The position numbers and the translations under genes are program-made. Below, one piece after another: positions 9,545 to 20,364 of a DNA stretch of 64,000 nt (position 1 is its first letter; every line of letters starts with the position of its first letter). The DNA comes from an uncultured delta proteobacterium. Lineage in GTDB: Bacteria; Desulfobacterota; Binatia; HRBIN30; BPIQ01. The notes under the pieces were generated by a model, which did not search any database, was not told the DNA's origin, and saw only the letters and a list, made by a program, of their open reading frames with translations. Location of the stretch: NCBI GenBank assembly GCA_963761335.1, contig CAVXGR010000012.1:768001-832000 (forward strand), written 5' to 3'.

Positions 9545-10579
9545 TCACGGCAGAGGCAGAACGCAGCGACACGTATCGCAGATCTTGCCGCCGGTGCACG
9601 CCGGCAGACCGATCTCTCCGCACTGCTCCCGCTTCTCAATCAGACCGTCGCCGCAGTGCGCGTCGCGACAGACGAAGCGAGTCCCCTTGTCGTTGCGCTC
9701 GCACTCGACGAGCCGGGTGATGCAGAGATTGCCGATCAGCAGGCTCTGGCGCGCCCGCCGCACCCCCTGGTTGTCCTGCTGCGGCAAGCTCACGTCCTTC
9801 AGCCGGAAGGTGTTGCGAATGCGAAATGGAAAGGCCGGCTTTCTCCAGATGCGCGCCCAGCGCCATCCCGGCGCGTCCGGGATGTCGGGTTGCTGGCGCT
9901 TCAAGCTGAAGCGCCAGGAGCGATCGACGCCGTTGGAAGCCGTGTGGGGCGTCAAGCAGCGGTTGCCCGGGCACTCTGTCGGATCGAGCGTGCCGTGGTA
10001 CACCTCGCTGCTGCCGCCGTTGCCGTCATTCTGATTGAAGATGAGCTGGACCACCGAGGTGTCCGGATCAATGTCCATGCCGTCGCGCAGGTTGAACTGG
10101 CTTCTGACCGTCCAACGAAAGTTGCCGTCGACGCGCCGGCCGTCGCGGAAGACCGACAGCCGGTTGACCGGATTGGAGATGACATTGACGGCACCGAGCA
10201 GCCCGCACTGATCCGGATAGGGAACGCAGCTCGCGCTCTCATTCTGGCAGGTCGACGAGCAACAGTCGCCGTTGACGCGATTGCCGTCGTCGCACTGCTC
10301 CGCACCCTCCTGTACGCCATCGCCACAGCACGTCTCTCCACCGGGACACTCCGCGCTCGAGGCGCAGCAGGTCCGGGATCCGGAGCACAGACCGATGATC
10401 TGGCAGTTGCTGTTGCAGCTCGTCGAGCAGCAGACATTCGGCGGGCAGTTGCCGACGCCGAGGTCACACTGCTCGCCGGAGTCGATCACCCCGTCGCCGC
10501 AGGCCGCCCGTGCCGGGGTGGCTGTGGCAACGGCACCGAGAACAGCCAGCAGTCCGCATAGTACGAGACAATTCCTCAT
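9545..10579 (-). CDS. Secreted protein with Myxococcus-type Cys-rich repeats (DUF4215-like)
   Basis: Signal peptide; CGDGVIDSGEQCD, CGDGVQEGAEQCDDGN, HCGDGLIEKREQCG; GGAGAG RBS. Confidence 0.8.
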   Translation of the reverse strand: MRNCLVLCGLLAVLGAVATATPARAACGDGVIDSGEQCDLGVGNCPPNVCCSTSCNSNCQIIGLCSGSRTCCASSAECPGGETCCGDGVQEGAEQCDDGNRVNGDCCSSTCQNESASCVPYPDQCGLLGAVNVISNPVNRLSVFRDGRRVDGNFRWTVRSQFNLRDGMDIDPDTSVVQLIFNQNDGNGGSSEVYHGTLDPTECPGNRCLTPHTASNGVDRSWRFSLKRQQPDIPDAPGWRWARIWRKPAFPFRIRNTFRLKDVSLPQQDNQGVRRARQSLLIGNLCITRLVECERNDKGTRFVCRDAHCGDGLIEKREQCGEIGLPACTGGKICDTCRCVLPLP

Positions 10580-10599
10580 CGGCGCTCTCCACGTCATGA

Positions 10600-13500
10600 C
10601 TACGGGCTCGGAACGCAGCGGCAAGTATCACACGTCTTGCCGGCCCCGCACGCAGGCAATCCAGGCTCGCCGCACTGCTCCCGCCGATCGATGATGCCGT
10701 TGTTGCAGTGAGCGGCGCGGCAGAGATAGCGCCCGGCGCTGCCCGCGAGCCTGAGGTCACAGTCGAGTATTCGCGTGATGCAGACGTCGCCGATCACCAT
10801 CGACTCGCGCACGCGGCGCGTACCCGCGTTCAGCGACGGCTCGGGGATCGATGCGCCCTTGCCGCGCTGACTGAAGGTGAAGATGCTGCCGAGGCGCACG
10901 CGCGCCGCGGGCTTGTGAAAGCGGCTCAGGCGCCACCCCGGAGCCCCGGGAACATCCGCGTCGCGGGAGCGCAGCCTGAATCTCCAGTCCTTGGTGATGT
11001 TCTGCTTGTCGTTTCGGACGCGATAGCAGCTCCCGTTCGCGCAGGCGTCGGGATCCAGAATCGCATGGTAGAGCTCCTGGCTCTGATTGGTGCCTTCGTT
11101 CTGGTTGATGATGAAGTGCACCACCTCGTTCTCGGGATCGATATCGACTCCGTCGGGAAGCGCGAAGTCGCCGCGAGAGAGCCACCGATCGATGACGTGG
11201 TCTCGCGGGGGGTCATCGCGAAGAACCGTGCGTCGGATCGTCGGGTTGTCAATGAAGTAGAAGACCCCCTGCACGGACGAGCACGCTTCGGGCAGCGGCA
11301 CGCACGGTCCCGGTTCGATGGTGCAGGTGCTCGAGCAGCAGTCGCCGTCCCGCTGATTGCCGTCGTCGCACTGCTCGCCCGGATCGAGGATGCCGTCGCC
11401 GCAGTTCTCGAGGATAACCACCGTTTCCTCCGGCGTCGGGCTGCCCGTTTCGGTGGCGGTCGGAGTCGGTGTGGGAGTTGCGGTCCATACCGGTGTCGCC
11501 GTCGCGGTCTCCGCCACCGTAGCGGTCTCGGTCGCCGTCGGCGTGCTCACCGCCGTTGCCGTCTCGGTCGACGAGCCGGTGGCCGTCGGCGTGCTCGTCG
11601 GCGTGTCGGTTGAGGTCGGTGTCCGCGTCGGCGTGCCGGTCGGGGTCGACGTCGGCGTACTCGTCGGCGTGTCGGTCACCGTCGGCGTCCGCGTCGGCGT
11701 CTGCGTCGTCGTCGGCGTGCGCGTCGGCGTGCCGGTCGGGGTCGACGTCGGCGTCTGCGTCGGCGTGTCGGTCACCGTCGGCGTCCGCGTCGGCGTCTGC
11801 GTCGTCGTCGGCGTACGCGTCGGCGTGCCGGTCGGGGTCGACGTCGGCGTCTGCGTCGGCGTGTCGGTCACCGTCGGCGTCCGCGTCGGCGTCTGCGTCG
11901 TCGTCGGCGTACGCGTCGGCGTGCCGGTCGGGGTCGTCGTCGGCGTCCGCGTCGGCGTGTCGGTCACCGTTGGCGTCCGCGTCGGCGTCTGCGTCGTCGT
12001 CGGGGTGCGCGTCGGCGTGCTCGTCGTCGTCGGCGTGCGCGTTGCGGTAAGCGTGCGCGTCGGTGTGCGCGTGATGCTCGGCGTGCGGGTTGGCGTGCCC
12101 GTGCGCGTCGCCGTGCGCGTCGGGGTCGCCGTGGCCTCCACAACCGAAATGGTGTTGCCGAACTCCGAGGTCGCGCTGCTGACGGTCGCCGTCGAGGTCA
12201 GGGCCGTTCCGCCGGTTACCCCCGAGTGGACGGGAATGGTGAAGAGAAACCGGTGCGTGGTGTCGCTGCCGACTCCCGCGGGCGGCGGGTAGCTGCCCGT
12301 GGTCGCATCCGCGTCCTGGCCGGAGCCCTCGACCAGGGAGGCGACGAGCGTCTGCCCTTCGCCGAAGCCCGTCGGATCGGCGGCGGCGATGAAGACCTCG
12401 ATCTTCGATCCCGGCCGCGCGAAGCCGCTGAGCACCAGATTGCCACCGTCGATGATCGCGCTCTCGAGCACCGGATAGTTGAGCAGGCCGTTGCTGCCGG
12501 AATCTCCGTCTCCGGAATCGTTGAGGGTGACTCCGTCTCCGGCGTTCTCGGTTGCCGTCGAGGAGGTGCCCGCAAGGTCGATGCCGATTCCTCCCGAAGC
12601 GGCGGCGCCGCTGTTCGCGGTGATCGTCCCATTTGCCGAGATCGAGTTGCCGGTGAACGTGCTCGAGCCGGCGGAGTAGATGCCGAGGATCCCGGGGCCG
12701 TAGTTGCTGGTGATGATATTGCGGTCGACGACGTTGCCGGCACCCCAGACGCGGACGCCAGGGGTCTCACCCAGCTCGCTGCTGGTGCCACGGCCATTCT
12801 GAAGGACGGTGTTGTTGACGAAGGTGTGCCCGCCGTCGGAGGTCCAGGAATCGAGGCCGCAGCCGTCGTTGTCGATCACCAGGTTGCCGCGCGCAGTATC
12901 GCCCGAGGTGCCGCCCGCCTCGAAGCTGATGCCGTCCAGCAAGGCGTTGCCGGTGTCGTTGCCGCGCACCTCGTTGTTCTCGACGACCCAACCGGTGGAG
13001 CCGCTGTCGGCAAGCATACCGAAGAAGCGCGCAAAGCCGATCAGGTTGTTGCGCACGATGCCGTTGTCGCCGCCGGAGCTGTAGATGTTGCTGCTGCGGG
13101 TGCGGGTGCTGAAGCCGGGATCTGTGAAGCTGGTTGCGGTCGTGCCCAGGACGTTCTGCTCGATCAGCGTTCCGGTGACGTCGTCGCCGATGAAGATGTT
13201 TCCTTCTTGCGAGACGTTGCCCGTGCCGAAGCCGCGAATCGAGATGCCGCGAATGGTCGTGTTGTTCCCCTCGATGTCCAACCCGTTCGCCAGGCCGTTG
13301 CCGTCGACGATCTCGATCTCCGGCTTGTTCACCTGCGAAAGCGTCAGGCCGTCGACGCCGACGGTGCCGCCGACGCCGAGGACGCCCGGGTTGGTATCGC
13401 CCACGTTGCTGGTTTGCGTGGTCCCGTCGATGGTGGTGTTGGGCGCCGTTAGTGCGGGCAGAGATGAGGTGATAGTGATCACCGCCACACCGCCGGTGAG

Positions 13501-13818
13501 CGAGCCGGCCGGGATGTTGAACGCGATCGTGTCAGCCGTACCGCCGTTGCTGTTGGCGTTGCTGATGGCGGTGCGCAGCGAGCCCGAGCCGCTGTTGTTG
13601 GTGTTGGTGACGGTGAAGGTCGCCGCCTGCGCCGGGGTGGCGAGCAGCGAGATGAGAGGCAGCGTGCCGGCGATGAACAGCGCCAGCGTTCGAGCAAAGC
13701 TCCTCGAGCGCCGTGAGCAACTCAGGCGCTCAGGGCGCTTCCGCGACACATTTGACGCCGCCCTCCACGGTCGGCGCGCGCGACGCCTTGAGAATCCGAA
13801 GCTGTGGATCCGTGTCAT
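10600..13818 (-). CDS. Large secreted protein: parallel beta-helix, Pro/Thr linker, Cys-rich repeat and C-terminal domain
   Basis: [29 protein letters not shown] and GIGIDL...[19 protein letters not shown] motifs; long TPT repeat; [16 protein letters not shown]. Confidence 0.85.
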   Translation of the reverse strand: MTRIHSFGFSRRRARRPWRAASNVSRKRPERLSCSRRSRSFARTLALFIAGTLPLISLLATPAQAATFTVTNTNNSGSGSLRTAISNANSNGGTADTIAFNIPAGSLTGGVAVITITSSLPALTAPNTTIDGTTQTSNVGDTNPGVLGVGGTVGVDGLTLSQVNKPEIEIVDGNGLANGLDIEGNNTTIRGISIRGFGTGNVSQEGNIFIGDDVTGTLIEQNVLGTTATSFTDPGFSTRTRSSNIYSSGGDNGIVRNNLIGFARFFGMLADSGSTGWVVENNEVRGNDTGNALLDGISFEAGGTSGDTARGNLVIDNDGCGLDSWTSDGGHTFVNNTVLQNGRGTSSELGETPGVRVWGAGNVVDRNIITSNYGPGILGIYSAGSSTFTGNSISANGTITANSGAAASGGIGIDLAGTSSTATENAGDGVTLNDSGDGDSGSNGLLNYPVLESAIIDGGNLVLSGFARPGSKIEVFIAAADPTGFGEGQTLVASLVEGSGQDADATTGSYPPPAGVGSDTTHRFLFTIPVHSGVTGGTALTSTATVSSATSEFGNTISVVEATATPTRTATRTGTPTRTPSITRTPTRTLTATRTPTTTSTPTRTPTTTQTPTRTPTVTDTPTRTPTTTPTGTPTRTPTTTQTPTRTPTVTDTPTQTPTSTPTGTPTRTPTTTQTPTRTPTVTDTPTQTPTSTPTGTPTRTPTTTQTPTRTPTVTDTPTSTPTSTPTGTPTRTPTSTDTPTSTPTATGSSTETATAVSTPTATETATVAETATATPVWTATPTPTPTATETGSPTPEETVVILENCGDGILDPGEQCDDGNQRDGDCCSSTCTIEPGPCVPLPEACSSVQGVFYFIDNPTIRRTVLRDDPPRDHVIDRWLSRGDFALPDGVDIDPENEVVHFIINQNEGTNQSQELYHAILDPDACANGSCYRVRNDKQNITKDWRFRLRSRDADVPGAPGWRLSRFHKPAARVRLGSIFTFSQRGKGASIPEPSLNAGTRRVRESMVIGDVCITRILDCDLRLAGSAGRYLCRAAHCNNGIIDRREQCGEPGLPACGAGKTCDTCRCVPSP
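11590..12020. repeat. Intragenic 96-bp tandem repeat (about 4 copies) encoding a Pro/Thr linker
   Basis: gccggtcggg recurs at 11635, 11731, 11827 and 11923; unit about [32 protein letters not shown]. Confidence 0.9.
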
Positions 13819-14234
13819 ACGCTCCTCGTGCACCTCATGTTGCACCCCAGGCGAGCCGGCTGCGCCAAGGCGCGTCGACGCAGGCGAGTCTCGGCACTCG
13901 CTCTGGCACATCCATCCGATCCAAATCCAACTCTGATCCAAAACAAACGCCCGTCGATTTCACTGCCGCCTGTTTCCAGGCGCCCCCCCGAAGCCGGCGA
14001 GCGTGCGGACCTGCAGTCCACCCTGAAATCCCTTTCTGCGAAAATTCTGATGACACGGCGAATACCGCGTCCGCAGTCCGCTTGTCAATGAAATAATCTG
14101 CAGGGGTTCGAGCGGGCTCATTTGCCGCCCGTCGCTGGGGTGGTCATTCCGCCGGCGCCCGCCCAGGGGCGGCCCAAGTTCCCCTTTGACACAGGCGTCT
14201 GGCGCGCCCGGTTATCGGGATGCGGGCGGCCGCA

Positions 14235-15173
14235 TCAGCCTCCGCGCCCTTGGAGCTCCCATGCGGGATCGACGATCGCGTCGCGGAGCTCCGACAGAAG
14301 CTGCCGGTTGTCGAGGTACCGCCACGGGTGGAAATCGCGCCGGTGGTAGGCGGCGACGGCGCGCCATCGACCGCGCAACATCCCGCCGCGCCCGAAGACG
14401 AAGCGGACGAGGGCCCCCCAGGCGCGGGGGTCGTGCGCCGCCCCGGCGCTGGCGAGGATCCGATAAGAAACCGACGGGAGAACCAGGGCAAGGAGGACGA
14501 GGGCGATCCACAGACCGGCGATGCGGACGGCGTAGGTGTAGAGCCCGTGACCGCGCACCGCGTGGAACACGTCGAAGAGCACCGCCTTGTGCTCCACCTC
14601 CTCGTAGCCGTGCCACTGGAACAAGCGGGCAATGCGAGGATCGACGCCCTCGAGCAGCTCCGGGCGCGAGAGGACGGCGTTGCCGATCTCGCCGAGGAAA
14701 TGCTCTCCTGCCATGGCGACCGCGCTCCTGAGATCGCTCGAGGTCCAGTCCACGATCGCCAGCCATCGCAGCGCGGAGTCCGCAAGGGGCTCGACCGGCA
14801 CGCCCCACCGAATCAGCAGCCGATTGAACGCCGCGTGCATGCAGGCGTGGGAGGACTCCTGACGAACGAAGGCATCGCCCTCGGCGCGGCGGGCCTCGTC
14901 GGCGACACGGGGCAACAGGCGGCGCGCGTCGTCGATGAAGAAGGCCTCCACCACCGGCGCCATCACCGAAAGCGCCTCGAGAAAGGCCGTCGGCCCAATG
15001 CCGCCCGGGTGCCAGGCGCGCGCTACCTCGCACTCGACCCCCTCGAAGTCGAAGCCGGGTCGCCGCGGCGTAACCGTGACGCCCTGCCGACACGTTGAGG
15101 TTGGATCCGACCCGCGATCGTTCATTTCATCGGCGTTGATGAGAATCCCCTGTACCGCGTCAGATGCGCTCAT
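14235..15173 (-). CDS. Predicted metal-dependent hydrolase (PF10118-like); start may be 15125
   Basis: EAFFI, FVRQESSHACMH, EHF and WHGYEEVEHKAVLFD motifs. Confidence 0.8.
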   Translation of the reverse strand: MSASDAVQGILINADEMNDRGSDPTSTCRQGVTVTPRRPGFDFEGVECEVARAWHPGGIGPTAFLEALSVMAPVVEAFFIDDARRLLPRVADEARRAEGDAFVRQESSHACMHAAFNRLLIRWGVPVEPLADSALRWLAIVDWTSSDLRSAVAMAGEHFLGEIGNAVLSRPELLEGVDPRIARLFQWHGYEEVEHKAVLFDVFHAVRGHGLYTYAVRIAGLWIALVLLALVLPSVSYRILASAGAAHDPRAWGALVRFVFGRGGMLRGRWRAVAAYHRRDFHPWRYLDNRQLLSELRDAIVDPAWELQGRGG

Positions 15174-15309
15174 GGGAAGCAGAAAGGAAATTCAAACCGA
15201 TGCCGCTGGGTCGCCGCGTCGGCTCGGGTTTGACGTTTGCAGCCGGGATGCGGCACTAACGTCGCATGGGAACGGAGTCCGACCGGACAAGAGCCGGGCG
15301 GCGGGCGCA

Positions 15310-16098
15310 ATGAAGCTGCTGCTGGTGTCGGATTTGCACTATGCTCTCAAGCAGTTCGACTGGGTGTACAGTGTCGCCGACCGCTTCGACGCCGTGGTCA
15401 TCGCCGGTGATCATCTCGACATCTCCTCGGCCGTCGGCATCGACGTGCAGATCGTCGTCATCCTCAAGTATCTGCGCCGCCTGCAGGCGAAGACGCGCCT
15501 GCTGGTCAGCTCCGGCAACCATGACCTCAACGCGCGCGACGCCGGTGGCGAGCGCGTGGCGCGCTGGGTCTCGGACGCCCGCAAATTCGGCTTCGCGGTC
15601 GACGGCGGGCGCGTCGAGATCGACGAGACCGCAATCACCATCTGTCCGTGGTGGGACGGGCCGCGCGGCCGTGAGGCGGTGGCCGAGCAGCTGCAGCGCG
15701 ACGCAGCGCAGCGCCTGCGTCGCTGGATCTGGGTCTACCACGCGCCCCCGGACGAATCGCCGGTGAGCTGGACCGGCAGCAAGCACTACGGGGACGCCGA
15801 CCTGGGTCGCTGGATCCGCGCCTACCAACCCGACCTGGTGCTCACCGGTCACATCCACCAAGCGCCGTTTCGCGCCGGTGGCTCGTGGATCGATCGCATC
15901 GGTGACACTTGGATCGTCAACGCCGGCCGGCAGATGGCCCCCTACCCGACGTTCGTCGTCGTCGACAGCGCGGCGCAGCAAGCGACGTGGTTCTCGCTGG
16001 CGGGAAACGAGGTGGCGCAGCTCGACGGACCGCCGGTGCCGCCCGGAGTCGGGCTCACTCGACCGTGGGATCCGGATGCCGATCCGAGCCCGGTGTAG
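15310..16098 (+). CDS. Metallophosphoesterase (calcineurin-like, Icc/CpdA-related)
   Basis: VSDLHY, IAGDHLD, SGNHD, YHAPP, TGHIH, NAG motifs. Confidence 0.9.
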   Translation: MKLLLVSDLHYALKQFDWVYSVADRFDAVVIAGDHLDISSAVGIDVQIVVILKYLRRLQAKTRLLVSSGNHDLNARDAGGERVARWVSDARKFGFAVDGGRVEIDETAITICPWWDGPRGREAVAEQLQRDAAQRLRRWIWVYHAPPDESPVSWTGSKHYGDADLGRWIRAYQPDLVLTGHIHQAPFRAGGSWIDRIGDTWIVNAGRQMAPYPTFVVVDSAAQQATWFSLAGNEVAQLDGPPVPPGVGLTRPWDPDADPSPV

Positions 16099-16543
16099 AC
16101 TCCTCGCCCTGGTGGTGCACCAGGGTCTCGAGCACCTCGTCGACCATCGACAGGTGGCTGTCCTGGCCTTCGAACTGGCGCTTGAGATCCACCAGGTAGG
16201 TGGTCACCGAGTGCAGTCGCTTGGCCAGCAGGCGGGCGAGGCCGAGTGCGATCGCGGGATCTGACTGCATGAAGGTCATGGGTTCGGCGACGACGTAGAG
16301 CGTCGCCTCGGTCAGGGCGCGCACGGTGGCCATGTGCGGCAGGTCGAGCAGCATCGACACCTCTCCGAAAAAAGCCCCCGGCGTGTCGACCACCGCGATC
16401 TGCAGATCGCCTTTGAGCACCTCGACCGTGCCGCTCGCCAGGACGCAGAGCACGCCGGCGCGCCGACCCTCATCGAGGATATTCTCGCCGGCGCGGAAGG
16501 TTCGCTGCGGCAGGCCGGCACAGGCATCGAGGACTTCGCTCAT
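16055..16543 (-). CDS. Cyclic-nucleotide-binding domain protein
   Basis: LASGTVEVLK...GAFFGEVSMLLDLPHMATVRA cNMP signature; 44-bp convergent overlap with the phosphoesterase. Confidence 0.85.
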   Translation of the reverse strand: MSEVLDACAGLPQRTFRAGENILDEGRRAGVLCVLASGTVEVLKGDLQIAVVDTPGAFFGEVSMLLDLPHMATVRALTEATLYVVAEPMTFMQSDPAIALGLARLLAKRLHSVTTYLVDLKRQFEGQDSHLSMVDEVLETLVHHQGEESTPGSDRHPDPTVE

Positions 16544-16601
16544 GACCGCGACACACCTTGGAGCGACGCCCCGCGCTTGTCAAACCGCCGCCGGCTCTCG
16601 G

Positions 16602-16820
16602 TACTGCCCTATTTTGGGTAATGCACCTCATTGACAACGACTGCCCGTCGATTTTCACGCCGCTGCGGGCCCCGGTTCCCTCTCCCGCATTGTTTCGCGG
16701 GAGAGGGACAGGGTGAGGGTTCCGATCTTCTTGAACGCCGCAGAAATCGCGAATTTCAGTGAAGAGGCCCCTCACCTTGATCCTCTCCCCGCGAAAAGAA
16801 TGCGGGGAGAGGAGACCCTG
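16602..16820. repeat. Dispersed intergenic repeat with REP-like CCTCTCCC/GGGAGAGG hairpins
   Basis: Highly similar to the reverse complement of 48381-48529 (shared cattgacaacgactgcccgtcgattttcacgc) and partly to 7563-7665. Confidence 0.8.
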
Positions 16821-17363
16821 GCGCGAGGCGGCGGGAGATGAACCCCGATCGGCGCATGGATCGCCACTGGTGGACGGAGCCTGAGATGCCTTCGCCATTC
16901 GTCGAACCCGCATTTCTTCGAGGCACCATTCGGACCCCAAAATGGCCCGTCTAAGCGTAAAATAGGGCCCGGATTTGAGGCGAAGTATCCGCGTGTCGAG
17001 TACTTGCAGAGGTCCGACCCCGGACCATCGGGCAATGGCAGAATGGCCCGCTGCAGCCGGTGAGACGGAAACAGAAAAGATGACCACCTACGGCGGCGCC
17101 TGGCTCGTATGGCCGCGGCGCACTGGTCTGCCGAGTGCGTCGCTACGACCGGAATCGATGCGTCATCAACACAGTCCGAAGGTGAAAAAGGCTCTGATTT
17201 CGGCCCCACTTGACAAGCGCCGCCATGGCAGAGGGTCAGGGTGAGGGTTCCGCCAGCCGGCGTCCACACTTTGCACCCCGATAGGGGAGCAAAGTCGGAC
17301 ACCGACTGACAGTTTTGCGCGGTCGACCTACCAAAGGCCGTGATCGTCGAGGAATCAGCCGGC

Positions 17364-20099
17364 TCAGTCGTTCTTGTCGAGAACGTCGATCACCAGCTCG
17401 GTACTATTGTTGCCGCCATCGAGCGGCGACACCTGGGGGCTCGTCGGACCCGTTGCTGTCAGCGTCACCGCGCAACGTTGCGGTGAGTTCTGATTGCTCG
17501 TGCTGATCTGACTGCCGTCGGCAGTGGCGGTGATTTTACAAGTTTTGCTCTTGCCGCCCTTCACCGCAACCGTGCTACTCGACGTCGTTGCATCGCAGAT
17601 CGGTGCTCCCAGACTGAGGCCGCTGCATGTGGTATTCGCACTGAGCGTGATCGGATCGCCGGGGGCTTCCGCCGTCGGCTTGTAGTCGGCGTTCCCTATG
17701 ACGGCGTTCAGCGTCTTCGTGGCGCTGCCCTTGCCCGACTCGATGTTGATGGTCGTCGGGTTGGCACTCTTGATCGTCGTCTCATGCGTCGTCGTCTGCT
17801 CCAAATCGTGACTGTCGACGACATTCAGCTCGATCACCGCGATGTTGTTGTCGGGCGTTGGGTCGTTGCTGCCGCCAGCGACAACTGCAGAAGCGGTGAG
17901 CACCAGCGTGCATCGGGCTGGTGCCTTGAAGTTGAAGCTGTCGAAATCGACACTGTTGATGATTAACGGCAGCTTCGCCTTCTTGGTCTCGCCGGCCGGC
18001 ACCAGAATGCTGGTATCGGCTGTCGGGGTCTTTGGATTGAAATCCGGGATGCCAGCCACGCCCATGGGACAGTTACTACCGTCGACCGACAGTGAAATCG
18101 TACGGTCGGCGGGGTCGGCGTTACGGACGGTAATGGTTAGTGTCTTGTCGACCGAAATCTTGCGAGGGGCGATTTTCACGTTCAACGGCCGGCCGGGCAG
18201 CACCACAGCGTCGACGCTCGGACAGCTGACCGGCTGGCAGCCACCCGCTTGACACGTATCGGCCGGGCATCCGTCGCCGTCATCGCACGCGGCACCGTTG
18301 GGCTTGTTCGGGTACGAACAAGTTCCGGTTCCCGGATCACAAACCCCTACGTGACATTGGTCGGCGACACATTTCGGTGAGCAGACCGATGGCGTTCCCG
18401 CACAGTTGAAGCAGATCTCGATTTGACAGGTAGCGCTGCACCCGTCGCCGCCGGTGGTGTCGCCGTCGTCGCAGTCTTCCCCTGCGGTTGGGATGCCGTT
18501 GCCGCAGGCGGTCACGGTGCAATTATTGTCGCATCCATCACCGTTGATGGTGTTGCCGTCGTCGCATGATTCGCCGGGTTCCACTGCACCGTTGCCACAG
18601 TCGGTTCCCAGGTACCGGGCCACCACAAAGTCTCGGTAGTATTTGTACCCCGCCAATACGATCCGGCCATCGCTCTGCAGCGCCACGGCGGTCCCAAACC
18701 AATCATCGTACGGCGACGAGGCTGGGGTGATCGCCCAGCCAGCGCTGCCGAATGTGACATCCACACTGCCGTCGCTGTTGTATCGCGCCAGCGCCATACC
18801 GCTGTGGGTGTCGCCCGCATTTCCCGCACCGATGATCTTCCCGTCGCCCTGCACCGCCACGGAAGCGAGATAGGAATAGGCGAGACCGGAATCGAAGGCG
18901 TTGAGTAACTTCCCACCGTTGCCGAATCCGGCATCCAAGGTCCCATCGTTGTCATACCGCGCCAGCAGCTGACCTCCGCCAACGACGATCTTGCCATCTA
19001 CCTGCAAGGCGATGGATCCGACGCCGGTATTGACGTGAACACCGGACACATCGGACGAGGTTATCACCGTGCCGCCGTCGCCGAACCCGCTGTCCAAGCT
19101 CCCGTCGCTGTTGTATCGCATCAGCGCCATATCGGAAGGCCAAGGATACGCAGATTGAGTGAATGCTTCTCCGCCGACAACGATCTTACCATCGACTTGC
19201 ACAACCACCGAAAAGCCTGTTCCATCAACACCTGAATCGGGTGCGGTCGCAACCCTGCCGCTTGCGCCAAAGGTGTTGTCCAGGCTGCCGTCGGTGTTGT
19301 AGCGCGCCACGTCGAATGTGTAGGTCACTGTGGCGTTGTTGTTCGTGGCGCAATATGAATAGCCGGCGAAGACGATCTTTCCATTCCCGTCCAGTGCGAC
19401 CGACCTGCCATAGTCATGGCTCGTTCCTGCACATGACGCGGTCGCCACAAAGGAGGTGATCGTCATACCACCACTGCCGAACCCCGAGTCCAAGCTGCCG
19501 TCGGGGTTGTAGCGCACCAGCGCAAACACGTTCCCGTTGGTTGAGTCATTATATGTGTCGCCCCCAACCACGATCTTTCCATCGTTTTGGACGACTACAG
19601 ATTGGGCATTGCTATACCGGACGGAGTTGACGAAGGCTGTGCGGACTTGCCCGTCGCTGCCGAATCCCAGGTCCGGGCTGCCGTCGGCATTGTAACGAGC
19701 CACAGCAAAATTGAACGGCGACATCGTACTTCCCGATGCGGCTGGATTTGCCTGGGCCGAAGTTCCTACGGCGACGATCTTCCCATCGCCCTGGATCGCC
19801 ACGGCGTGCGTTTCATCCACTTGGGAGACGCCAAGTGTCACAAAGTCGGTGGTGACCAGGCCGCCGCTGCCAAAGCTGGTGTCGAGTCCACCCGACGCCA
19901 AAACGGTTCCCGCAAACAGCGTGATTGCCAAACCAATGCAAATGGCCAAACATCGCTTCAGGCCATCGACCGGCATGAGCTGCCAAGTTCGCTCAATGCC
20001 CATGTCGCCCCCCTTAATTCCGGCTGTGGCGGATAGACCGCACAAAGGCGCCATTTGACGAAACACTTCAATAGCGATAACGTTTACAAGTTTGCTCAT
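17364..20099 (-). CDS. Secreted delta-60 repeat (beta-propeller) protein with Cys-rich repeats and two related C-terminal beta domains; alternative start 20003
   Basis: Repeated Q(G/N)DGKIV...ARYNxDGSLDxxFGxGG; CGNGAVEPGESCDDGN; visibly lower GC than flanks. Confidence 0.85.
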   Translation of the reverse strand: MSKLVNVIAIEVFRQMAPLCGLSATAGIKGGDMGIERTWQLMPVDGLKRCLAICIGLAITLFAGTVLASGGLDTSFGSGGLVTTDFVTLGVSQVDETHAVAIQGDGKIVAVGTSAQANPAASGSTMSPFNFAVARYNADGSPDLGFGSDGQVRTAFVNSVRYSNAQSVVVQNDGKIVVGGDTYNDSTNGNVFALVRYNPDGSLDSGFGSGGMTITSFVATASCAGTSHDYGRSVALDGNGKIVFAGYSYCATNNNATVTYTFDVARYNTDGSLDNTFGASGRVATAPDSGVDGTGFSVVVQVDGKIVVGGEAFTQSAYPWPSDMALMRYNSDGSLDSGFGDGGTVITSSDVSGVHVNTGVGSIALQVDGKIVVGGGQLLARYDNDGTLDAGFGNGGKLLNAFDSGLAYSYLASVAVQGDGKIIGAGNAGDTHSGMALARYNSDGSVDVTFGSAGWAITPASSPYDDWFGTAVALQSDGRIVLAGYKYYRDFVVARYLGTDCGNGAVEPGESCDDGNTINGDGCDNNCTVTACGNGIPTAGEDCDDGDTTGGDGCSATCQIEICFNCAGTPSVCSPKCVADQCHVGVCDPGTGTCSYPNKPNGAACDDGDGCPADTCQAGGCQPVSCPSVDAVVLPGRPLNVKIAPRKISVDKTLTITVRNADPADRTISLSVDGSNCPMGVAGIPDFNPKTPTADTSILVPAGETKKAKLPLIINSVDFDSFNFKAPARCTLVLTASAVVAGGSNDPTPDNNIAVIELNVVDSHDLEQTTTHETTIKSANPTTINIESGKGSATKTLNAVIGNADYKPTAEAPGDPITLSANTTCSGLSLGAPICDATTSSSTVAVKGGKSKTCKITATADGSQISTSNQNSPQRCAVTLTATGPTSPQVSPLDGGNNSTELVIDVLDKND

Positions 20100-20364
20100 G
20101 GAGCTCCCTTTTCCTTAAGCGTTATGGAAGCACAGATAGGCCGAATGCCCTACTGAAGCCAACGAAAGTCTTGCGGACAGCCCGCACAAACGGGGTAAGT
20201 GACATAAAAGCCAAGGTCGTCAAATTGGGTTTTTGGGCGGCCTATCCACTAGCCGTCAGCCGTCTTCTCCTGGGACCCCGACTTCGCCGCTGTGGAAGTC
20301 TGCGTTACATCACAATACATCTTTGAACTTTGCGCCTTTGTATTCTCCTTCGTTGCGGCGCCGG

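Noticed and set aside
11590..12130. Repetitive tract as a CRISPR array; opposite-strand VGV-rich and SAS-rich ORFs
   Set aside because: No unique spacers; it is the coding Pro/Thr linker and the other ORFs are its shadows.
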